In this document: piece by piece, positions 38,959 through 49,012 of the stretch
How positions within the stretch are numbered: the stretch's first letter is position 1
How the letters are laid out: every line of letters starts with the position of its first letter
Assembly (NCBI GenBank): GCA_030431515.1
Contig: JAUIIX010000001.1
Coordinates: forward strand, 133,366-197,365
Source of the DNA: a bacterium
GTDB taxonomy: Bacteria > Bacteroidota > Ignavibacteria > Kapaibacteriales > UBA2268
Direction: 5' to 3'
DNA: 64,000 bases
Made by a program: the position numbers and the translations under genes
The notes under the pieces: model-generated
What the model saw: only the letters and a program-made list of their open reading frames with translations
Databases searched by the model: none
What the model was told of the DNA's origin: nothing

Positions 38959-40257
38959 TCATTTATACTTCTTACTCCATAAGTCTTTTAATCTATTCAA
39001 TATCTTGCTTTCTGAACCAAAGCCCTTTGGTCTATAATATATTTTATCTACTTTTTCAGGGAAGTAATTCTCTTCAACAAAGTTATTTTCAAAGGAATGA
39101 GGGTATTTATAGTTCAAGCTATATCCTTCTTCTTTCATAAGTGCTGTAGGAGCATTTCTAAGATGTAAGGGAACTGTTGTGTCGATACCTTTCTTGATGT
39201 CTTGTAACACTTCATCAATTGCCTCGTAGGACGCATTTGATTTTACTGTAGATGCCAAATACAAAACACCTTGAGCAAGTATTATTCGTGCTTCAGGCAT
39301 ACCGATTTTAGTAACTGCATCAAAAACATTATTTGCCAAATTCAATGCATTAATATCAGCATTACCAATATCCTCCGACGCAAATATTATCATTCTACGA
39401 GCAATAAATTTAGGCTCTTCACCTGCATCAAGCATTTTACCAAGCCAAAATACAGAAGCATTAGGATCAGACCCACGCATTGATTTAATAAATGCAGATA
39501 TTGTATCATAATGATTTTCACCTTTTTTATCATATTTTGTGATTTTTTTCATTACAATTCGTTCAATATCAGATTTGGTAATTAGTATATCGCCTTTACC
39601 TTTAGACTTAATTATTGATTCTAATATATTTAATGCTGTTCTTGCATCACCACCAGATAAATCAATTAAAATATCTAATTCTTTGATACTTATATTAATT
39701 GATTTCAATTGCTCATCTTTTTCAAGAGCATTTAGTATTATTGATTTTAATTGTTCTTTAGATAGAGCATTTAATTTATAAACTCTACAACGACTTAATA
39801 GTGCTGAATTTACTTCAAATGAAGGATTCTCAGTTGTTGCACCTATTAAAATTATACTCCCATCTTCTACTGAATGTAATAAAGAATCTTGCTGTGATTT
39901 ATTAAATCTATGAATCTCATCTATAAATAAGACTGTTTTTTTATCATTCTTTAAATTATATTTTGACTTTTCAATTATTTTACGGATTTCTTTTACCCCT
40001 GACTCAATAGCTGATGTCTTTATAAATTCAGCATTTACTTCATTCGCTAATAAAAAAGCAATTGAAGTTTTACCAGTACCAGGAGGTCCCCAAAGAATAG
40101 TAGAAGGCAAGTAATCTTCTTTCAAAAAAGCAGTCAAAGCTCCATCCTCTCCAATGATATGCTCTTGTCCAACCAAATCATTTAATGACTTTGGTCTAAC
40201 TCTTTCTGCTAAAGGTGAAAATTTATTTTCACTATTTTGTTCTTCAAATAATTCCAT
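38959..40257 (-). CDS. rarA: Replication-associated recombination protein A (MgsA/RarA AAA+ ATPase)
   Basis: PLAERVRPKSLNDLVGQEHI, Walker A GPPGTGKTS, Walker B LFIDEIHRFNKSQQD, C-terminal HYDTISAFIKSMRGSDPNA...RRMIIFASEDIGNAD; canonical RarA. Confidence 0.9.
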   Translation of the reverse strand: MELFEEQNSENKFSPLAERVRPKSLNDLVGQEHIIGEDGALTAFLKEDYLPSTILWGPPGTGKTSIAFLLANEVNAEFIKTSAIESGVKEIRKIIEKSKYNLKNDKKTVLFIDEIHRFNKSQQDSLLHSVEDGSIILIGATTENPSFEVNSALLSRCRVYKLNALSKEQLKSIILNALEKDEQLKSINISIKELDILIDLSGGDARTALNILESIIKSKGKGDILITKSDIERIVMKKITKYDKKGENHYDTISAFIKSMRGSDPNASVFWLGKMLDAGEEPKFIARRMIIFASEDIGNADINALNLANNVFDAVTKIGMPEARIILAQGVLYLASTVKSNASYEAIDEVLQDIKKGIDTTVPLHLRNAPTALMKEEGYSLNYKYPHSFENNFVEENYFPEKVDKIYYRPKGFGSESKILNRLKDLWSKKYK

Positions 40258-40301
40258 TTTCTTAATTTAGTATTTTATAAAACACTAAATTATCAAATTT
40301 T

Positions 40302-41159
40302 ATGAAAATCTTACTTGTTTTCTTATTAATTATTCTTATTTCTTGTAATAACACAAATCTTCAAAAAGATGAAGATAGTAGTTCACTCCTGATTGGAACT
40401 TTCAATATCGAATGGTTGGGCGATGGAATTAACGATAAAAATCCAAGAAACGAAGAAGATTATAAAAATATTGCTTTAGTAATAGAAGATTCTGGTGCAG
40501 AATTACTTGCATTACAAGAAGTTGAAAATCTTGAATCTTTAAAAAGAATATTAAAGCATTTACCAAATTGGAAATTTATTTTTACTGATGAAGATGGGAG
40601 TCAAAATAACTGTTATATATTTAAGTCATATTTGAATTTAGAAGATAATGGCACTTTCGATGATTTACAAATTGATGGTTTTGGAACAAGAAAAGGAGCT
40701 GTCGCTAAACTAAAATATGGAAATTTAGAACTAATTTTACTAAATGTTCATTTAAAATCTACATCTTCTTATGATAATACCGAAGAGAAAAAGCAAATAT
40801 CCTATGAGCTTAGAAGAAAACAATCTATTGAAATAGTAGAATTTAGAGATTCTATTCTTAATAACAACATATCAAATAATATTATAGTATTAGGTGATTT
40901 TAATGATAATCCTCTTAGAAATGAAAAATCTAATATACTAACATTAGACTCAAATTTTTTCTTTGCAACAAAAGGATTGGAAAGTTGCAAATCTCAATAT
41001 TATGATTTAATAGACCACATCATAATTTCAGAGAATTTAATTAATAATTTGGAACCAGTTTCAGCTTATGTCTATGATTTTGCTACAATCTTAACAAAGG
41101 AACAAGTCGATAAAGTATCAGATCATTGCCCTGTTATTGTTAGAATTAATGTGGATTAA
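40302..41159 (+). CDS. Endonuclease/exonuclease/phosphatase (EEP) family lipoprotein
   Basis: Lipobox-like ILISCNN. FNIEWLG, LALQEV, LNVHLKS, VLGDFND, SDHCPV match EEP catalytic motifs. The 3-prime end overlaps the convergent gene by 14 nt. Confidence 0.8.
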   Translation: MKILLVFLLIILISCNNTNLQKDEDSSSLLIGTFNIEWLGDGINDKNPRNEEDYKNIALVIEDSGAELLALQEVENLESLKRILKHLPNWKFIFTDEDGSQNNCYIFKSYLNLEDNGTFDDLQIDGFGTRKGAVAKLKYGNLELILLNVHLKSTSSYDNTEEKKQISYELRRKQSIEIVEFRDSILNNNISNNIIVLGDFNDNPLRNEKSNILTLDSNFFFATKGLESCKSQYYDLIDHIIISENLINNLEPVSAYVYDFATILTKEQVDKVSDHCPVIVRINVD

Positions 41160-42198
41160 CCTTTTTTATTCTTCTAATATCAATATCTAAAGGTAATTCC
41201 GTTTTATTTTGAATTGAGTCGAGTAACAAAGAAGCACAGTAAGGAGCAAGTAAAACAGCCTTTGCCCCCATTCCATTGAAAATATACGCATTATCTTGGA
41301 TAGCAGATTGACCTAAAAAAGGTCTTCTGTCAAAAGTTGCTGGTCTTATTCCTGCTTTATGGTCAACTACTTTATAATCAGACTTTAAGAATTTTTCCAA
41401 ATTATCAAGTAATCTATTCTTTTCAAACTCTGTTGGATCTTCGTCTTCAAAAGTCCATTGAAATGAAGCACCTACTTTATATCTATTTTTTGCAACTGGA
41501 AACATAAATAAATTTTTACTGATAATATGGTCAATCTCAAAATTTTCAACTTCTATTTCAAGAACTTCACCTTTAGCAAAATTATATCGCAGATTTGGAA
41601 ACAAAGGATTTTTTTCACCATAATAACCTTCGGCAAAAATAATATTTGAAAACACTTCATTTTCTAATTTTAATTCAGAATTAATGTGTTTGTATAATAT
41701 CTCGCAAGTCTTTAATTTATAAATTTTGCCAAAATACTCGTGGCTCAAGTCTAAAAACTTATTTGTATCAACAAATCCCGAATTAAAAACTCTTCCAAAA
41801 CCAACATTATTTTCAATTTTATTAGTATATCTATTTGGAATAATATTCTCATCCATAAACATACTGTTTGGAAAATCTTTAGATTTTGTTTTCCATAATT
41901 CTACTTCATTTTCGTTTGATAAGATTTTATAAATATCAATTTTAAAATGAAACTTTTCTTCTAATACACTTTCAATCTTAGAATAAAATTCATCAAGGAA
42001 TGGCACTAATAATTCTGCTTGCCATGACGCAGTAAATCTTTTAAATACTATAGGATTATATATTCCAGCAGCAACCTTAGATGAAGTATTAGATCTCTCA
42101 TTGTTTACTAATAAAAAATCAACATCATTTAGATATAAGTGCCAAGCTAAAATTGTCCCAGACAATCCACCGCCAACTATTAATATTTTATCACTCAT
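41146..42198 (-). CDS. FAD-dependent oxidoreductase (DAO/glycine-oxidase-like family)
   Basis: N-terminal ILIVGGGLSGTILAWHL dinucleotide-binding motif and C-terminal GMGAKAVLLAPY pattern typical of the DAO family. Confidence 0.65.
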   Translation of the reverse strand: MSDKILIVGGGLSGTILAWHLYLNDVDFLLVNNERSNTSSKVAAGIYNPIVFKRFTASWQAELLVPFLDEFYSKIESVLEEKFHFKIDIYKILSNENEVELWKTKSKDFPNSMFMDENIIPNRYTNKIENNVGFGRVFNSGFVDTNKFLDLSHEYFGKIYKLKTCEILYKHINSELKLENEVFSNIIFAEGYYGEKNPLFPNLRYNFAKGEVLEIEVENFEIDHIISKNLFMFPVAKNRYKVGASFQWTFEDEDPTEFEKNRLLDNLEKFLKSDYKVVDHKAGIRPATFDRRPFLGQSAIQDNAYIFNGMGAKAVLLAPYCASLLLDSIQNKTELPLDIDIRRIKKVNPH

Positions 42199-43204
42199 CT
42201 AATTTCTTTTGCCAATAAGTTCTTACAATTCCCATTCCATTAAAGCTTTCTTTAAACTTTAAAAGTGATTTATTTACATATTTGCCAGAATTTTCTGTCG
42301 AAATACCATAATTAAGATACTTATATGATAGCTCTGATAAATGCTTTTTTAAACTAAATAAACAAAAATGTATAGCTTTATACTCAAGCAAATTATAATC
42401 TAAACATGAATAAAAAATATGCCAACCATTTTTATTAATATTAAATATTAAAAAACCGCCAAGAATCTTATTATCAATTTTAGAAACAGCGATTTTAACT
42501 CTATCTGGATATAATTCTAATAATTTAATAATTTCATCTTTTGAATGTACTGGGCTAGTATTATATTTTTTAAGATTATCTTGTAAAATTGAATAAAACT
42601 CTTCAATTTCATTTACACCATCAATAAAATCAAACTTAACACCAAGAGAAATTGCTTTTTTAATATTCTGTCTTGATTTAGTACTTGAATAGTTGTTGTA
42701 ATAATTAATATAATCTAATCCTTTAAGACCTTTAATCTCTTTTAAACTATAGAAAGTAGAAAGTTCTTCAGCTTCTCTAATATAGTTCCTTCTTACCAAA
42801 GCAAAATCTAATTGATCTATTGGATTATTTAAAAATATCTTTGGAGAATGCCTAAATTCAATATAGTTTATTCCATTTTCAATGCAATATTCTTCTATTT
42901 TTTCATAAATAGCATCTATAATTTCATAATTTAAGTTTTCTTTAATTACAATTCCACCATAAGAAGTGCCAGGGTGAGATTTTAATATTTTCTTATCTTG
43001 TTTTACTATTAAAGCTGCAGGAAATACAGCAATCAATTTAGATTTATTATAAATTAAAAGTGAATTATCTTTAAATCTATCTTCTGGGTGGTAAGATAAA
43101 AACTTTCTTTCGTGGAAAATAGTACCGTTAATTGAAGTCTTTACAAATTCTTCATAAGTATCAGTCAAATCATTCTGAAAAACTTGTATTCTCAACTTAA
43201 TCAT
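42191..43204 (-). CDS. FemAB-like / GNAT-fold acyl(aminoacyl)transferase family protein
   Basis: Size and pattern (FHERKFLSYHP...AVFPAA...GGF...Y) resemble the FemAB/BioF2-like acetyltransferase family. Overlaps both neighbours (operon). Confidence 0.4.
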   Translation of the reverse strand: MIKLRIQVFQNDLTDTYEEFVKTSINGTIFHERKFLSYHPEDRFKDNSLLIYNKSKLIAVFPAALIVKQDKKILKSHPGTSYGGIVIKENLNYEIIDAIYEKIEEYCIENGINYIEFRHSPKIFLNNPIDQLDFALVRRNYIREAEELSTFYSLKEIKGLKGLDYINYYNNYSSTKSRQNIKKAISLGVKFDFIDGVNEIEEFYSILQDNLKKYNTSPVHSKDEIIKLLELYPDRVKIAVSKIDNKILGGFLIFNINKNGWHIFYSCLDYNLLEYKAIHFCLFSLKKHLSELSYKYLNYGISTENSGKYVNKSLLKFKESFNGMGIVRTYWQKKLDE

Positions 43205-44214
43205 AGTATTGGCACTAATTGCCCATTATTATTTAAAGATTGATTTGCTGCTTCTAAAATTTTAACAACACGAAGCCCCATCTCACCATCAGTCATTGTA
43301 TTAGTACTACTTTTGATAGATTGATAAAAATGTTCAACCTCTTCTTTTAATGCTTCTTTATTAGAAATTGAAGGCGATACCATATCACCAATTCGATATT
43401 GAATTAATGATTCGTATATATCTTCTTTCTTTTCAATCCTAACACCTGAGTCATAAATTTTAATTTTTTCAGCATTTTCCATATCATCAAAAACAAGCAT
43501 CTTCTTACTTCCGCCAAAAATTATTTTCCTAATTTTAACAGGCGATAGCCAATTAACGTGGATATGTGCAATACTGCCATCATCAAAATTAATATTCAAA
43601 TAAGCAACATTCTCTATATTTTTATCAGAATAAGGCATCACACATTTACCTGTTGCATTAACACTAACAGCTTTCTTCCCAGTGCAATATTCCAAAATTG
43701 ATATATCATGCGGTGCTAAATCCCAAATTACATTAATATCATGTTGAAATAAACCTAAATTAATTCTAACACTATCAAAATAAAGGATATCGCCCAATGC
43801 ACCTTCGTCTATTAATTCTTTAATTTTTTGGACAGCCGAAGTATATATATAAGTATGATCTACATTTAATATCAGATTTTTCTCTTCAGCAATTTTTAAT
43901 AACTCTTCTGCTTCTTTCACAGTCGATGTCAGTGGTTTCTCAACCCAAGTATGCTTCCCAGATAAAAGACTACTCTTAGCAAGTTCAAAATGCGAAAAAA
44001 CAGGTGTTGCTATTGCCACTGCATCAATATCATCTCTTTTAAAAATATCTTCTGGATTACTCGTTAGTTCAACATTTGGATATTGACTTTTTACTTTGTT
44101 TAATTGTTTTTTATCTAAGTCGCAGGCGATAGTAAGATTCCAAGATTCTGAATTGTTAAAATTTCTTAGAATATGAGAACCCCAATATCCGCAACCTATT
44201 ACTGCTATATTCAT
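43201..44214 (-). CDS. Gfo/Idh/MocA-family NAD(P)-dependent sugar oxidoreductase
   Basis: MNIAVIGCGYWGSHILRNF Rossmann start, VEKPL motif, and a C-terminal alpha/beta domain typical of WbpB-like sugar-nucleotide dehydrogenases. Confidence 0.8.
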   Translation of the reverse strand: MNIAVIGCGYWGSHILRNFNNSESWNLTIACDLDKKQLNKVKSQYPNVELTSNPEDIFKRDDIDAVAIATPVFSHFELAKSSLLSGKHTWVEKPLTSTVKEAEELLKIAEEKNLILNVDHTYIYTSAVQKIKELIDEGALGDILYFDSVRINLGLFQHDINVIWDLAPHDISILEYCTGKKAVSVNATGKCVMPYSDKNIENVAYLNINFDDGSIAHIHVNWLSPVKIRKIIFGGSKKMLVFDDMENAEKIKIYDSGVRIEKKEDIYESLIQYRIGDMVSPSISNKEALKEEVEHFYQSIKSSTNTMTDGEMGLRVVKILEAANQSLNNNGQLVPIL

Positions 44215-44269
44215 TATCTATCTTAAAAATTTAATAAAATGGTAGAAATATTATATAAAGTCCAAAATT

Positions 44270-45133
44270 TTATGATGGATTATTTAATTTACTCTCTGCT
44301 ATTCTCAAATTACCTTTGAAAGTAGCATTGTTTGGGTCTAATTTAATTGCATTATTGAAATGATTTATTGCATCTTGAACTTTGTTCAACTGCAACTCAA
44401 TATTTGCTAAATTATTAAAGTAATGAGGATTCCCTTGGAACAACTGAACTGCTCTCAAATACTTTTCATAAGCATTCTCAATAGCATTCTGTTGAGCATA
44501 AGCATTCCCATAATTAAAATATATAGATGCTAAAGTTTCTTTAGTTTTTCCAAAATTTGGAGCAATTTTTATCACTTTTTCATAGTAATAGATTGCTGAA
44601 TCTGCTCTATTTGCTTGAGCAAATACAGTTCCATAGTGTTGCAAATAACTCGGATGCTCAGGTGCTGCAAAATATGAATCTCTCATAACTTGAAAAGCTT
44701 CTTCAAACTTTTTTTGCTGCATCAAGATTTGAGTTTTATTCATCACAGCATTAGTCAACATATCTCTTGCTTGAAATTCAATTTGATTTACAATCCCACC
44801 TTTACCTTCTTCGATAGCAACTTCAAGTTCATCTATTGCCTTGTCAAATTCACCTGCTTGAATATAATAATATCCAACAAACATTCTTAATTTAGCATGA
44901 AAAGGATACTTTTCTTTTAATTCAAGAAGCCATTTTCCACCTCTATCCAAATAGTCTTTCTTCAATTTTATATCATCAGTAGTCCTAGCACTATCAACAA
45001 TAGCAACAGCTGCATACCAATCATCTTTCAATTCTATATCTCTATCTGTCCATGATATTAGAAATAAGAATCCTATAATAAAAGCAGGAATTAAAGCAAT
45101 AATTTTGTCTTTTGTAGTTATGTTGTTTTTCAT
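44270..45133 (-). CDS. TPR-repeat protein with N-terminal membrane anchor
   Basis: Repeated 34-aa A/Y/F-rich helical hairpins (e.g. YFNYGNAYAQQNAIENAYEKYLRAVQLFQGNPHYFNNLANI...AINHFNNAIKLDPNNA). Confidence 0.75.
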   Translation of the reverse strand: MKNNITTKDKIIALIPAFIIGFLFLISWTDRDIELKDDWYAAVAIVDSARTTDDIKLKKDYLDRGGKWLLELKEKYPFHAKLRMFVGYYYIQAGEFDKAIDELEVAIEEGKGGIVNQIEFQARDMLTNAVMNKTQILMQQKKFEEAFQVMRDSYFAAPEHPSYLQHYGTVFAQANRADSAIYYYEKVIKIAPNFGKTKETLASIYFNYGNAYAQQNAIENAYEKYLRAVQLFQGNPHYFNNLANIELQLNKVQDAINHFNNAIKLDPNNATFKGNLRIAESKLNNPS

Positions 45134-45137
45134 AATT

Positions 45138-47414
45138 TTATTTATTTATTACAGCAATTTTTTGAACTGATTGTAAATTACTCACACCAGAAGATGCTAA
45201 AATAAGGTAAACTCCCGACTTTACAAAATTTCCTGAATAATCTTTTCCATCCCAATGGATTTTATCACCTAAAGCATCTATTTTTCTTATTAACTCTCCA
45301 CCCACTGTTGTAATTCTAATATCAGATTTACCAGCTAATCCTTCTATTGTTAATGTAGGATTATTCTTAGTATTAAATGGTTGAGGATAGCAAATAATAT
45401 CATAATTTTGAGAAGGCATTACAGAAACAGATTTAGCAGCATACAAACCTAATTCAGTTGCTATAAATACTTCACCAGTATTTTTATTTATATTTATATT
45501 TTTTACATTATTAGAAGGTAAAGGGGAATTTTCGCTTGTAATATGAGCAATCTCAATAGTTCCATCTGGATTATAAACATAAATTCCTTTTGATGTAGAT
45601 ATCCATTTATAGTTAATCTCATCTACAAATATATGGTTAACATCAAATTCTAAAAACATATTAGGAGAAACTGCTACTAAAGAGCGGGGGTCATCATCAT
45701 ACAAAAAGCCAGACGGATTCAAAAAATAAGTAATCCCAGTTGGAGTACCCACCCATATCCAACCATTTTTATCAAGAGCAATACTTCTAATAGTATTATT
45801 AGCTAATTCAGGAACATTATTCGTTTGTAATTGCATACAAATGTCGTCTGATTTATCATCTAAAGTCCCATTCTCATTAAATAGAACTAATCCTTCTTTA
45901 TCTCTAGATAAATCTGAACCAAGCCATTTAGTTCCTTCATTATCAATTGCTAAGTGCATAAATCCTCTTTTATCCTCACCCGCACAATTTATATATGAAT
46001 AAAACTGCTCACCATCTTTTGCAATCAGTACAGGACCACTATAAAAATCAGCCCAATTTATTGTCCACGAAACATTATTTCTATCAAATTGAGTTTCTGC
46101 GGCTTCTAAATAAGATGGTGGATCTAATGGTCTTGTGCCAACAAAAGCAGAATTAGTATCATTATACACTTTATACTTGTATTCTTCATTTTTTGTATCA
46201 ATTACAAGTAAGCCAGTTCCGTTTCCTCTTCTTCCTACATATACATCATCATCTTTATTTATACTTATATTTCTATAATTATTCTCAGGAATAGAATTAC
46301 CATAAACATCTTTAATAAAATCATTATAATAGGTCCAGTCTTGTCCATCATATTTCATAAATCCACGACCACCAGTGGTTATCCAAAGATTGTTTTTACT
46401 ATCAATATCCATATCAAAAATAGTATTAGAAAAACTTGATTTTGGAGTCTTTATACTTAAAGTTTTATCATTACTTACAAATCCTAAGCCCTCAAACTCC
46501 ATTAGTAAAACTAAATTATCATTAAAAGGAATTACCTTATTATGAGATGATCCAGCTATCGTATCATTACCGAAAAAATCAAATCTGTCTTTATTACTTA
46601 ACCCTTTAAAACCATAAGTATAATCGTAATATAAATTATTATTAAATATGAATAAATGATTAATATTATAAGTGCTTTCTTCGATTAATCTTAAAGTGTC
46701 CGATTCTTGTATATAAATATTCTTTTGATCACATATATATAAATTATTATTCGATATTATTAAATCCTTTGCGTAAGTTAATTCTTCATTATTTAGCAGA
46801 CCTATTCTATTCCAATTCTTTGGATCGCTAATTGTTTTACCTAACTCAATATATGCAACTCCCTTTTGCTCAGTTGCTATATATATTTTGTTATTATAAA
46901 ATTTTAAGGAATTAACATTTGCTAAACGATAAGTATCACCAAAAGTCTGCTCAAACTCACTACCTTCAGGATTCGGATTAAACTCAGAAACACCAAAAGC
47001 ACCTGAGATATAAACTATACCATTAATATATTTTATTCCAGTTATAGTTTTATTTACAATATTCGAATTAACTATATCATATATATTAATAATTCTGCCA
47101 TCATCAAAAATCATATCAATATAACCTTCTTGATTTCCAGCAATAATTAATTTTAAACTGGGAATATATTCTATTGCAGTATAATTTACTGATGAAAGTC
47201 CATTAATATTATCAAAGAATTGATAAGAATCATCAGAAACAGAATATTTTAGGATACCTCCCGAACTAGCACACCATATATTTTCTTGCTCATCTATCAC
47301 AGCATCTTTTATCGAAACAAAAGAAACATGAGATTTCCAATCAAATAATTTAAAGTCTTGGGAGTATAAATTGAGAGATAATAAGCTTGTCAATAATATA
47401 AGTAATCTTATCAT
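45138..47414 (-). CDS. Secreted beta-propeller repeat protein (two-component-regulator-propeller-like) with T9SS C-terminal sorting domain
   Basis: Signal peptide MIRLLILLTSLLSLNLYSQ. Repeated ...W.gT..G...y... units. C-terminus CYPQPFN...IRITTVGGELIRKID...SGVYLILASSG...QKIAVINK. Confidence 0.7.
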   Translation of the reverse strand: MIRLLILLTSLLSLNLYSQDFKLFDWKSHVSFVSIKDAVIDEQENIWCASSGGILKYSVSDDSYQFFDNINGLSSVNYTAIEYIPSLKLIIAGNQEGYIDMIFDDGRIINIYDIVNSNIVNKTITGIKYINGIVYISGAFGVSEFNPNPEGSEFEQTFGDTYRLANVNSLKFYNNKIYIATEQKGVAYIELGKTISDPKNWNRIGLLNNEELTYAKDLIISNNNLYICDQKNIYIQESDTLRLIEESTYNINHLFIFNNNLYYDYTYGFKGLSNKDRFDFFGNDTIAGSSHNKVIPFNDNLVLLMEFEGLGFVSNDKTLSIKTPKSSFSNTIFDMDIDSKNNLWITTGGRGFMKYDGQDWTYYNDFIKDVYGNSIPENNYRNISINKDDDVYVGRRGNGTGLLVIDTKNEEYKYKVYNDTNSAFVGTRPLDPPSYLEAAETQFDRNNVSWTINWADFYSGPVLIAKDGEQFYSYINCAGEDKRGFMHLAIDNEGTKWLGSDLSRDKEGLVLFNENGTLDDKSDDICMQLQTNNVPELANNTIRSIALDKNGWIWVGTPTGITYFLNPSGFLYDDDPRSLVAVSPNMFLEFDVNHIFVDEINYKWISTSKGIYVYNPDGTIEIAHITSENSPLPSNNVKNININKNTGEVFIATELGLYAAKSVSVMPSQNYDIICYPQPFNTKNNPTLTIEGLAGKSDIRITTVGGELIRKIDALGDKIHWDGKDYSGNFVKSGVYLILASSGVSNLQSVQKIAVINK

Positions 47415-47471
47415 TTTCTTACTTCATTGGTGATTAATAAGCAGATATACGATTACTCATAAAAATTGTTT

Positions 47472-47933
47472 TTATAATTTTTGTAATAAATCACACATTT
47501 CTAAACAAGTAACAGCAGACTCATATCCTTTATTGCCGGCTTTGGTTCCAGCTCTTTCAATTGCTTGTTCGATTGTATCTGTAGTTAATACTCCAAAACT
47601 AATTGGAATTGTATTACTTAATGATACTTGTGCAATACCTTTTGTTACTTCAGAAGCAACATAATCAAAGTGAGGAGTTGACCCTCGGATAACTGCACCT
47701 AAAGCAATTATTCCGTCATATTTTTTACTTTCTGCAATCTTTTTGACCGTTAGAGGTACTTCAAACGCACCAGGACATAAAACAGAATCAATATTATCTT
47801 TACTAATTCCATGTCTTACTAAAGCATCAATTGCACCATCTACTAATTTTGTTACTATAAACTCATTCCAACGAGTTGAAACAATCGCAAATTTGAATTT
47901 ATTATTAGTAAAGTTACCTTCTATTATCTTCAT
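47472..47933 (-). CDS. ribH: 6,7-dimethyl-8-ribityllumazine synthase
   Basis: [20 protein letters not shown]...PGAFEVPL...[20 protein letters not shown]...GVLTT...RAG.KAGNKG is canonical RibH. Confidence 0.93.
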   Translation of the reverse strand: MKIIEGNFTNNKFKFAIVSTRWNEFIVTKLVDGAIDALVRHGISKDNIDSVLCPGAFEVPLTVKKIAESKKYDGIIALGAVIRGSTPHFDYVASEVTKGIAQVSLSNTIPISFGVLTTDTIEQAIERAGTKAGNKGYESAVTCLEMCDLLQKL

Positions 47934-47941
47934 TGTTTTGC

Positions 47942-48412
47942 CTATTCGTCAGTAAAGTAGTATTCAGTCAAATCATCAAATTTAACATTTGTAACAATCC
48001 AACCAGCACTTGGTGATTTATAAAATGTAAAAATCCATCTCATAGGAAATTTAGTATGCAAGCCAATATAACGAAGTCGGATAAATGATTTTGTGATTTC
48101 TTCAGCATTCACTGGTTCAAATCCCTTAAGCAATCCATAGATTTCAAACGCTTTATGAGTTTGATTTTCTAAAGCTTTCATCTTATCATTCTGAGCAACT
48201 AAAAAACTGCTCTTCATCAATTCATTATAAGCATCAGTTACATTACTATCTAATAAAAAATTAAAGAATTTTGAAGTTTTAACTTTTAATTCTTGTGGTA
48301 CTTTTTTATAAGAATCTGATCTCCCACCGAAAGAACTCTGTAGCTCATCTCCTTGAGAGAAAGCTGTTGAAACTCCGATTAGGAAACATAAGACAAATAT
48401 AATTTTTTTCAT
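47942..48412 (-). CDS. Hypothetical secreted protein
   Basis: Signal peptide [20 protein letters not shown]. No motif I can name. 8 nt upstream of ribH. Confidence 0.5.
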   Translation of the reverse strand: MKKIIFVLCFLIGVSTAFSQGDELQSSFGGRSDSYKKVPQELKVKTSKFFNFLLDSNVTDAYNELMKSSFLVAQNDKMKALENQTHKAFEIYGLLKGFEPVNAEEITKSFIRLRYIGLHTKFPMRWIFTFYKSPSAGWIVTNVKFDDLTEYYFTDE

Positions 48413-48447
48413 TTTTTAAATGTTTTGTTTTGAAAACCTTAGATTTA

Positions 48448-48476
48448 CAAAATTAAATATTTTTTTTAATATACAA
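48448..48476 (-). promoter_or_regulatory. Candidate promoter (TTG-N18-TAATTTTG) for 47942..48412/ribH
   Basis: Minus strand: TAATTTTG at 48455..48448, 36 nt upstream of the ATG. TTG lies 18 nt further upstream. Confidence 0.3.
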
Positions 48477-48528
48477 GTAATTTTCTTTTAAATTAAGTAA
48501 TTTTACTTACAATAAATCTATAAAAAGT

Positions 48529-48555
48529 AAAAAAGCAGACAAAACTGCCTGCTTT
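48529..48555 (-). terminator. Candidate rho-independent terminator after secG
   Basis: Minus strand: AGGCAG-UUUUGU-CUGCUU (6 bp, one G-U) followed by a T-run, ~25 nt after the secG stop. Confidence 0.4.
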
Positions 48556-48576
48556 AATTAATTTTTTTTAATCAAA

Positions 48577-48942
48577 CTACTTAGATTCTTCTGTTTTTTG
48601 TTCAGATTCAGCTGGAGTAGTTGCTGGAGCAACAGGTGTTGCAGCAGGTTGTGACATTGGCTGGCTAACTTTCATTCCTTCTGTTGGTGCTTTTAATTGC
48701 TGACCACCACTGTTCAAGAAAAATAAATTAGTAACTAAAGTCAGAACAATTATAGCAGTAGCTAAAGTCCAAGTAATTTTAGATAATAAATCAGTTGCTC
48801 TTCTGCTACCTAAAACAGAATTGAACTGACCACCCAATCCACTCATGCCCGTAAGCATATCACCTTTACCAGGTTGGATAAGAACTGCAGCTATCAATAG
48901 TAGTGCAACTAACAATAAAATTATACTTATTATGATGTACAT
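48577..48942 (-). CDS. secG: Preprotein translocase subunit SecG (with Pro/Ala/Thr-rich C-terminal tail)
   Basis: LLIAAVLIQPGKGDMLTGMSGLGGQFNSVLGSRRATDLLSKITWTLA is the canonical SecG two-TM pattern. Confidence 0.85.
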   Translation of the reverse strand: MYIIISIILLLVALLLIAAVLIQPGKGDMLTGMSGLGGQFNSVLGSRRATDLLSKITWTLATAIIVLTLVTNLFFLNSGGQQLKAPTEGMKVSQPMSQPAATPVAPATTPAESEQKTEESK

Positions 48943-49012
48943 GTTTTTATTCCCAATTAAAATTATTATTTTTGAAGATTACAAAATTAAAAATTATATT
49001 TTAAATAAAAAA

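Noticed and set aside
48845-49012. Track start of the LptF/G-like ORF at 48845
   Set aside because: The first 56 codons are antisense to secG and its promoter region. The family-typical N-terminus MKIIDRYTL starts at 49013, with a TAnnTTTG box upstream.
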